Shown here piece by piece: positions 1-4,697 of a stretch of DNA of 5,856 bases. Source of the DNA: Candidatus Woesearchaeota archaeon (GTDB lineage: Archaea > Nanobdellota > Nanobdellia > Nanobdellales > Nanobdellaceae); NCBI GenBank assembly GCA_964468425.1, contig CAYXSZ010000037.1, positions 1 to 5,856 of the forward strand. The letters run 5' to 3'. The number at the start of each line of letters is the position of its first letter. Position 1 is the stretch's first letter. The translations under genes were made by a program, and so were the position numbers. The notes beneath the pieces were generated by a model. The model was not told the DNA's origin, ran no database searches, and saw nothing but the letters and a program-made list of their open reading frames with translations.

Positions 1-2
1 TA

Positions 3-764
3 TTCAGAGAAGAACTAGAAGATTTCTTGTTTGAAACCGATAGAACCGGAGTAATTGTAAAAGCAGATACTCTCGGAACGCTTGAGGCAGTAGTCAGAAT
101 TCTGAAAGAAAAAGGGGTTCCAATTGCTAAAGCTGATATAGGAAATATAACTAAGGAAGATGTGATGAAAGCTTTATCTGTACGCGAAAAAGATCCGTCT
201 CTTGGAGTGATAGTTGGCTTCAACGTATCCATTGATAAAACAGTAGAAGATCTCGTCAAATCTTCAAAATTAACCATTATTTTAGACAATGTAATTTATA
301 GATTAATTGAGAAGGTAGAAGAATTCATTGAAAAGATGCGAAGGAAAAAGGAAAGGGCAATTCTTGAAACGCTTACCCCTCCAGTAAAGCTAGTTATACT
401 TCAAGGCTATATATTTAGAAGGGCAAATCCCGCAATAGTTGGTGTGGAAGTCTTGGAAGGAAGGCTAAAGAGTGGTATTTATTTAATGAGAGAAGATGGG
501 AAGATTGTAGGGAAAGTGAAGGCAATTCAATCTGAAGGAAAAAGTATTCAAGAAGCTAAGAAGGGTGAAAAAGTCGCTATTTCGATCGAAGGCGCTATAG
601 TTGGAAGGCACATCGATGAAAATACAGTTTTATACAGCTACCTTGAAGAAAGAGAGTTTAAGTCTTATAAACAATATAAAGATTTTCTCTCCGAAGACGA
701 GAAGGCAGCTCTGAGAGAAATCGCAAAAATCATGAGAAAAAACAATCCAACTTGGGGTCTTTAA
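3..764 (+). CDS. infB: Translation initiation factor aIF5B (IF-2 family GTPase), C-terminal domains III-IV; 5'-truncated by the window edge
   Basis: The frame is open from nt 3 (FREELEDFLFETDRTG...), so the TTG at 27 in the ORF track is not a real start. 'GVIVKADTLGTLEAVVRILKEKGVPIAKADIGNITKEDV...GVIVGFNV' matches the start of aIF5B domain III. 'LVILQGYIFRRANPAIVGVEVLEGRLKSG...KGEKVAISIEGAIVGRHI' matches the C-terminal beta-barrel domain IV. The TAA stop is at 762-764. Confidence 0.9.
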   Translation, partial: FREELEDFLFETDRTGVIVKADTLGTLEAVVRILKEKGVPIAKADIGNITKEDVMKALSVREKDPSLGVIVGFNVSIDKTVEDLVKSSKLTIILDNVIYRLIEKVEEFIEKMRRKKERAILETLTPPVKLVILQGYIFRRANPAIVGVEVLEGRLKSGIYLMREDGKIVGKVKAIQSEGKSIQEAKKGEKVAISIEGAIVGRHIDENTVLYSYLEEREFKSYKQYKDFLSEDEKAALREIAKIMRKNNPTWGL

Positions 765-1249
765 ACTCTTCTAACGATGTAATGTCTATGATATGCTTTA
801 TTAGCGTGAATCAAAAACGCCTTAGCTTTGTATTCAGATTCTACGATCAAGCCCTCCGGTTCAAGCTCAAATAAATTTAAAATATCGTGTTTTATCTTAT
901 CCTTGCTTAAAGACACCTCTTCACCTGGAAGGGCTGATATGATTATGTTGTATATCCTGTTGAGTGCAAATTTAACGTAAAACTTTGGCACAAGCTCGAA
1001 CACGCCAAGTAAGGGTAATCTCCTTTGAGTGTAGAGAAAGGAAAGAACGATGTACTCGTCTTCGTAAGTTTGGGGAATTACGCAGGTATAGAATTGCGTA
1101 ACTGTAAATTCGTTCTTTGTGAAAATAACCGAAGGCTCTAGCGAATAGTTATACACTGGAATGGCAGAAATTTCCTTATCCCCAACGATAACACCATAAA
1201 ACCTTTCAGGAAAATCCTTATGCTGGAAAACGTGAAACAATTCTTTCAT
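761..1249 (-). CDS. Hypothetical protein, 162 aa; family not recognised (possible degenerate JAB/MPN-like fold, see findings)
   Basis: An uninterrupted 162-codon ORF with ATG at 1249. Its K/E/I/Y-rich composition resembles the neighbouring genes. A TATA-like TTTTTAAT box (- strand, 1280->1273) lies about 27 nt upstream of the ATG. The stop (761-763) overlaps the infB stop. No confident homology could be recalled. Confidence 0.6.
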   Translation of the reverse strand: MKELFHVFQHKDFPERFYGVIVGDKEISAIPVYNYSLEPSVIFTKNEFTVTQFYTCVIPQTYEDEYIVLSFLYTQRRLPLLGVFELVPKFYVKFALNRIYNIIISALPGEEVSLSKDKIKHDILNLFELEPEGLIVESEYKAKAFLIHANKAYHRHYIVRRV

Positions 1250-1272
1250 AAATATATTTTAGTTTTAAAACA

Positions 1273-1280
1273 ATTAAAAA
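1273..1280 (-). promoter_or_regulatory. Putative TATA box for the 162-aa gene; the same T-run may act as the oligo-T termination signal after rps6e
   Basis: The - strand reads ...GCAAATTTTTAATTGTTTTAAAACTAAAATATATTT-ATG. TTTTTAAT is centred about 27 nt upstream of ATG 1249, which is archaeal TATA-to-TSS spacing for a leaderless mRNA. It sits in the 45-bp spacer after the S6e stop (1295-1297). Confidence 0.3.
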
Positions 1281-1294
1281 TTTGCAACAAGGAA

Positions 1295-1684
1295 TTACTG
1301 CTCCTGAGGTTTAGACTGTTTCCATTCGTTGTAAATCTCTTCAAAAGGTTTAGATCCGTACTCTTCAATCACAGTATTCACTTGAACGATTTCCTCAGAA
1401 ATTGTGTTTCCTCTAACGAGCTTCTTAACGCGCATATGCTTGTTAACTTGCCACCATACTTTCTTTTTAGTTTGTCCTTCCACGAAAGGAACCATAGGGG
1501 CTCCTTCAAATCCAGAACCACCAGTAATTCTTAGTTTATACCCCTCTAAACCAATGAGAGAACCATCGATGACTTCTCCAAGCTTCATTCCAATCAAGGA
1601 AGTATCCTGAGTCTCGATTTGAATGGCTTTTCCCGTTTTCGGATCAGAGACTACTATTTTGAACATAGATTTTGATTTCGCCAT
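1295..1684 (-). CDS. rps6e: 30S ribosomal protein S6e
   Basis: 'MAKSKSMFKIVVSDPKTGKAIQIETQD..LIGMKLGEVIDGSLIGLEGYKLRITGGSGFEGAPM' is the S6e signature (FKVVVSDPKTG..Q.E; GYxLxITGGSD..GFPM). I place the start at ATG 1684 (129 aa, a typical archaeal S6e length). The 55-codon upstream extension in the ORF track (to 1849) is hydrophobic, unlike S6e, and overlaps the divergent gene. Confidence 0.9.
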   Translation of the reverse strand: MAKSKSMFKIVVSDPKTGKAIQIETQDTSLIGMKLGEVIDGSLIGLEGYKLRITGGSGFEGAPMVPFVEGQTKKKVWWQVNKHMRVKKLVRGNTISEEIVQVNTVIEEYGSKPFEEIYNEWKQSKPQEQ

Positions 1685-1769
1685 TGTTTCACATTTGCGC
1701 GAAAGCTTTAAAACGCTTCGACCCGCTTTAAACAAACGTTTATTAATAATAATGTTTATATTTATTAAC
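1685..1769. promoter_or_regulatory. 85-bp divergent promoter region between rps6e (-) and the pilin-like gene (+)
   Basis: TTTATTAA at 1739-1746 is centred about 27 nt upstream of ATG 1770 on the + strand. TTTTAAAG on the - strand (1713->1706) is centred about 26 nt upstream of ATG 1684. A second GCTTTAAA copy lies at 1725-1732. No Shine-Dalgarno-like motif precedes either ATG, which is consistent with leaderless transcripts. Confidence 0.4.
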
Positions 1770-2234
1770 ATGACCAAGAAAGCAGTATCTCCTCTCATAG
1801 CAGCGATTTTGTTAATTGCTTTAACAGTTTCAATTGGAGCTATGATCATTGGTTGGGGCAGACAGTATGTTCAACAACAGACCAAGTGTCTGGGAGCCTC
1901 TGCAACAATTAGCTATGTAGAGGTCGATATTAACGGACATAAAATGAGCGTTACTATAGAAAACACAGGTACTCAGCCAATAATTGCTAAAAACATTATA
2001 TTTTATGTTTATGATGTTAACGGGCAAAAACAGGAAATAACAGCAAACGATACAGCTCAATTTAGTGTGGGTGGTACTAATACACAAGTATTAAGACCCG
2101 GTCAAACAGGTACTATTACAGTAGTAGATAATAAAACCTTAAAAAGCTGTGATGACGTTCTTAGCGTAGAACTTGCTGTGCAAGGATGTGGAATCATCTC
2201 AAACAGCTACTCTGTTTATAATTGTAAACAATGA
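1770..2234 (+). CDS. Archaeal type IV pilin-like protein with class III signal peptide (archaeal flagellin N-terminal-like domain / DUF361-type), 154 aa
   Basis: The N-terminus 'MTKKA|VSPLIAAILLIALTVSIGAMIIG' has a short basic leader, a small residue at -1, and the xSPlIAxxLLIAxTV hydrophobic helix typical of PibD/FlaK-processed archaeal pilins. The rest is T/N/Q/V-rich and beta-strand-like ('VTIENTGTQPI..', '..LRPGQTGTITV') with 4 Cys. I chose ATG 1770 over the track's 1623, because the track's extension is antisense to rps6e. Confidence 0.8.
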   Translation: MTKKAVSPLIAAILLIALTVSIGAMIIGWGRQYVQQQTKCLGASATISYVEVDINGHKMSVTIENTGTQPIIAKNIIFYVYDVNGQKQEITANDTAQFSVGGTNTQVLRPGQTGTITVVDNKTLKSCDDVLSVELAVQGCGIISNSYSVYNCKQ

Positions 2235-2608
2235 TGATTAGAAAAGTCTCTACCGGGATTGAGGGGTTGGATCCTTTAATTGGAGGGGGAATCCCAGAAG
2301 GTTTTATAGTGCTCGTTTCAGGTACCACTGGATCTGGTAAAACAACTTTTTTGATACATTACATTTACAAAGGTCTTCAGGATGGTGAAAAATGTATATT
2401 TTTCACTTTAGAGCAAACTCCTGAAGATATAAAGAAAACAGCTTCGCAATATGGAATGAATTTAGAGAAATTTGAACAAGAAGGTACATTGAAGATAATT
2501 TACTTCTCACCAATAGAGATAACTATGCAAGACGATCCAAGAGAGTTTATACTTAAATTAATTTACGAAATAAAGTCGTTCGATCCAAGGAGGATAGCTA
2601 TAAATTGA
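2231..2608 (+). CDS. KaiC/RadA(RecA)-superfamily ATPase, N-terminal half only (125 aa); truncated, split or pseudogenised
   Basis: 'STGIEGLDPLIGGGIPEGFIVLVSGTTGSGKTTF' carries the KaiC-like GI.GLD..LGGG.P.G motif plus Walker A (GTTGSGKT, nt 2321-2344). 'CIFFTLEQTPEDI...YGMNLEKFEQEGTLKII' matches the following catalytic-Glu strand and linker. The ORF ends at 'PRRIAIN*', where the Walker B strand (hhhhDS) is expected. ATG 2231 overlaps the pilin-like stop (ATGA). Confidence 0.75.
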   Translation: MMIRKVSTGIEGLDPLIGGGIPEGFIVLVSGTTGSGKTTFLIHYIYKGLQDGEKCIFFTLEQTPEDIKKTASQYGMNLEKFEQEGTLKIIYFSPIEITMQDDPREFILKLIYEIKSFDPRRIAIN

Positions 2609-2657
2609 TTTGCTACGAAATTAATAAGCTTGTATTGTACTGACCTCTGACAAGATC

Positions 2658-2674
2658 ATCGAAATTCTCTCGAT
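2658..2674 (+). repeat. Short inverted repeat (ATCGA-N7-TCGAT) followed by a T-rich tract, in the convergent intergenic spacer; possible 3'-end signal
   Basis: Read directly from the sequence: atcga aattctc tcgat, then agtttataattttgtcg. The stem is only 5 bp, so the significance is weak. Confidence 0.2.
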
Positions 2675-2696
2675 AGTTTATAATTTTGTCGAATCT

Positions 2697-2903
2697 TTAC
2701 TTGTATTTAACATATTTCCAACAATCAAAACAGATGTAGTAGTATCTGAAGACGTTAGATCTTAAGTTTCCAAGAGTTAACCGTATATAGCGATCTCCTT
2801 TTTTAATTAAACCCCCGCAAAGGCAACACCTTCTATTTTTTCTCGATGTTCTGATGGAGACTTCGCGCATCAAGCCTCTCTGTTGATATCGGAGCACGTA
2901 CAT
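2697..2903 (-). CDS. Small basic zinc-ribbon protein, 68 aa (or 57 aa from the internal ATG at 2870)
   Basis: Two Cys knuckles, 'RRCCLCGG' and 'ICFDCW', lie about 35 residues apart, and the protein is very R/K/Y-rich. A TTTTTAAT box on the - strand (2935->2928) is about 28 nt upstream of ATG 2903, supporting a leaderless start. Alternatively, a GAGG (2878-2875) precedes ATG 2870. No family was recognised, and a small ORF like this carries real risk of being spurious. Confidence 0.5.
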   Translation of the reverse strand: MYVLRYQQRGLMREVSIRTSRKNRRCCLCGGLIKKGDRYIRLTLGNLRSNVFRYYYICFDCWKYVKYK

Positions 2904-2924
2904 TATATAATTAACTCTCTGTTG

Positions 2925-2935
2925 AAAATTAAAAA
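2925..2935 (-). promoter_or_regulatory. T-rich/TATA-like element (TTTTTAATTTT): probable oligo-T terminator of the aIF2a-nop10-PAC2 unit and TATA box of the zinc-ribbon gene
   Basis: The - strand after the PAC2 stop reads ATCCTAAAGGTTTTTAATTTTCAACAGAGAGTTAATTATATA-ATG. T5 and T4 runs lie 10-20 nt after the stop. This is the same TTTTTAAT motif seen upstream of the 162-aa gene. Confidence 0.3.
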
Positions 2936-2945
2936 CCTTTAGGAT

Positions 2946-3722
2946 TCATCCAAAGTAGTAGATGTTCCTTTTAGGAAGTTGCTCGGATTTTTGTGGGGAC
3001 TGGATGTTCAGCTGCTTTTCAATTTTCTTCTTAAGTTTCGATCCCTTTTCTAAATAATCTTTATAATCTACTTCTAATTGATATATTTTTTTCAAAGCTT
3101 CAAGTAATTTAGAAGCTCCAAAATAACCGTAAAGACTCGCTGTAGGATAGGTCTCGCTCAAAATTAAGTAAGCCGGTATTTTAAAATACTTTGCTAACGC
3201 TACGAGCAATCCAGACATCCCAGCCACAGTACCTCTCCTATATAAGTTGAACTCCTCCTTGAATATAGATTTCAACGCATCTATAATTTTTGTGCTGTTA
3301 GCCGAAAAGTAAAGTTTTGGTTTTTCAGGCTCGATTTCAACACCGTAGCCCCCTAACGATACTATTTCCTTAACATTTAACTTCTTAACAAACTTTAGAA
3401 GTCTATAACTGAGCCTATATCTAGTAAGGGAATCGAAAGGCTGCAAGTTGGGTTGCATTTCTCCGTAAAGCACAACATAATCTTGGTTATTCTCTTCGAA
3501 GGTGTAAATAGAGAGTTTCGGAACGCGAAGGATTCCTCTCTTGGTAGAGTACACAACATCAGGATAGCAATCTAACAAGATTGTCGTAGTTTTCTTAGCA
3601 TTAAATGTCTTAATAAGCTTGTAACCGACGAGCCTCGCAACATTCCCCATACCTCCACCCACACAATAAAGGAATACAGGCTTCTTCACATCCAGATCCC
3701 TATAGTGTATGAATTCTATCAT
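2946..3722 (-). CDS. PAC2-family proteasome assembly chaperone (PbaA/PbaB-like; COG1938, formerly 'ATP-grasp superfamily')
   Basis: The N-terminal 'KKPVFLYCVGGGMGNVARLVGYKLIKTF' fits the PAC2 h-h-x-G-x-x-G-x-G-x-V-G..a..yLi motif. A later 'IVSLGGYGV' strand, 'GTVAGMSGLLVALAKYFKIPAYLILSET', and a charged helical tail are all typical of archaeal PAC2 proteins. The gene starts 3 nt after the nop10 stop, in the gene context I recall for this family. Confidence 0.8.
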   Translation of the reverse strand: MIEFIHYRDLDVKKPVFLYCVGGGMGNVARLVGYKLIKTFNAKKTTTILLDCYPDVVYSTKRGILRVPKLSIYTFEENNQDYVVLYGEMQPNLQPFDSLTRYRLSYRLLKFVKKLNVKEIVSLGGYGVEIEPEKPKLYFSANSTKIIDALKSIFKEEFNLYRRGTVAGMSGLLVALAKYFKIPAYLILSETYPTASLYGYFGASKLLEALKKIYQLEVDYKDYLEKGSKLKKKIEKQLNIQSPQKSEQLPKRNIYYFG

Positions 3723-3725
3723 TCT

Positions 3726-3908
3726 TTATAACCATCCTTTTTCCTCTAAAAGTTTTCTCTTCACCCTTCTTCGGTAACTTCCCCAAGGATCTTCTGGAGA
3801 AAATTTTGGAGGAATTACCCTTTCAGTTTTTTCGCCACACCTAGGGCAGACTTCCTTGAACGTATATATTTTACAGCTCGGACACCTCCTTATTTCCTTT
3901 TCTCTCAT
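3726..3908 (-). CDS. nop10: H/ACA ribonucleoprotein complex subunit Nop10
   Basis: 'IRRCPSCKIYTFKEVCPRCGEKTERVIPPKFSPEDPWGSYRRRVKRK' contains the Nop10 zinc ribbon (CxxC..CPxCG) and the hallmark PP[KR]FSPEDP[YW]G.YRR motif. The protein is 60 aa. Its ATG overlaps the aIF2-alpha stop (ATGA at 3905-3908). Confidence 0.93.
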   Translation of the reverse strand: MREKEIRRCPSCKIYTFKEVCPRCGEKTERVIPPKFSPEDPWGSYRRRVKRKLLEEKGWL

Positions 3909-4675
3909 TCTTCGTTTATTTCATACTCAATTCCAAGCTTATCACAAAGATTCTCTAGGACTTCCTCCATTTTCTTGAAAGTCCTATCGAGCTCTTTTGG
4001 ATTGTAACTCTCGAGCTTGAAATAGTAGTTCGGAGCTCCTGCGTATTTTATAGTAACCCCGAGTTTATCGAGCTCTTTAAGTACTGTTTTGATCCGATCT
4101 ATTCCATCGGGAGCTAGAGTATACATTTCTATATATCCTTTTTTGATGTATTTGGGAACGCGGAAGTGTTCCTTGATGAGTTGGTAAAGTGGGTCAATTA
4201 TCTTCTTGGGAATTTTATACTTCTTTAAAACATCTTTCCCCTCTATGTAAGCCTCTTCCCAGACCTGGTATAGTAACTTTCCGTTCTTGATGATCTTTTC
4301 AACTACATCTTTGTGAAGCTTGTCTAGAGAAATGTTGCTCTTTTCTGAGAGGAGCTTTAATATGTTATACGCCGTCTGCTCTCTCTTGTATTGGTAAAGC
4401 TTCAATCTTCTTTGACCTTCAGAAACTCTCTTCAGCGAAAGAGTAGAGATCCTGTTTGCGGGATCTGAGTCAAGAACCAAGCAAACTACTTTTTTCCCAA
4501 GATCTACTACTTCCTTGACGCTTTTTATTCGCTTGTGGGAGAGTTCGTCTATGGGAATCACTCCGTAGGCGTTTTCGTATTCGTCCAATTCCACCTTAAC
4601 CATTATATTTGAAATTTCCTTGACCGTTCCAAGAACCAGATCCCCCTTCGCCGGAAAATCCTTTCTCTTGTACAT
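3905..4675 (-). CDS. eif2a: Translation initiation factor aIF2 alpha subunit
   Basis: The N-terminal S1/OB domain is 'FPAKGDLVLGTVKEISNIMVKVELDEYENAYGVIPIDELS...VKEVVDLGKKVVCLVLDSDPANRISTLSLKRV'. It is followed by a helical domain and a C-terminal alpha/beta domain ('YIEMYTLAPDGIDRIKTVL...IKYAGAPNYYFKLES'). At 256 aa, both length and architecture match aIF2-alpha. Confidence 0.93.
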   Translation of the reverse strand: MYKRKDFPAKGDLVLGTVKEISNIMVKVELDEYENAYGVIPIDELSHKRIKSVKEVVDLGKKVVCLVLDSDPANRISTLSLKRVSEGQRRLKLYQYKREQTAYNILKLLSEKSNISLDKLHKDVVEKIIKNGKLLYQVWEEAYIEGKDVLKKYKIPKKIIDPLYQLIKEHFRVPKYIKKGYIEMYTLAPDGIDRIKTVLKELDKLGVTIKYAGAPNYYFKLESYNPKELDRTFKKMEEVLENLCDKLGIEYEINEE

Positions 4676-4697
4676 TTAAACAAAAATAGAGAAAAAT

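Noticed and set aside
1220-1534. 104-aa + strand ORF from the track
   Set aside because: It lies antisense to the well-supported rps6e CDS and spans the 1250-1294 spacer. The product is low-complexity (L/F/R/N-rich) with no recognisable motif, so it is a shadow ORF.
1404-1610. 68-aa + strand ORF from the track
   Set aside because: It lies entirely antisense within rps6e, and its P/S/T/L-rich product is unlike the local proteome. It is a shadow ORF.
1623-1769. 49-codon N-terminal extension of the pilin-like ORF (track start at 1623)
   Set aside because: Class III signal peptides have a short basic leader directly before the hydrophobic helix, and ATG 1770 (MTKKAVSPLIA...) fits this. The extension is antisense to the rps6e 5' end and covers the TATA-like boxes.
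1685-1849. 55-codon N-terminal extension of the S6e ORF (track start at 1849)
   Set aside because: S6e homology begins at 'MAKSKSMFKIVV' (ATG 1684). The extension would cross the divergent promoter and overlap the pilin-like gene start, and it does not resemble S6e.
1830-2087. 85-aa - strand ORF from the track
   Set aside because: It lies antisense within the pilin-like CDS. Its Cys/Asn/Ile-rich sequence is the kind of artefact typical of AT-rich antisense frames.
2578-2586. GTTCGATCC, reminiscent of a tRNA T-loop
   Set aside because: It has no complementary T-stem arms or acceptor stem around it, and it lies inside the KaiC-like CDS. No tRNA is supported.
2600-2650. Simple frameshift or readthrough that would restore a full-length KaiC-like protein
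   Set aside because: I translated all three forward frames after 2600. Each hits a stop by 2650, and none gives a Walker B-like continuation of useful length. The remaining space before the convergent ORF is also too short for the missing ~100 aa.
2609-2696. Possible C/D-box sRNA or other small RNA in the 88-bp convergent spacer (two CUGA motifs at 2640-2643 and 2647-2650)
   Set aside because: Neither strand has a RUGAUGA C box; the best candidate is AUGAUCU on the - strand, with 2 mismatches. The two CUGA motifs are only 7 nt apart, which does not fit C/D'/C'/D architecture. The only structures are weak 5-bp stems.
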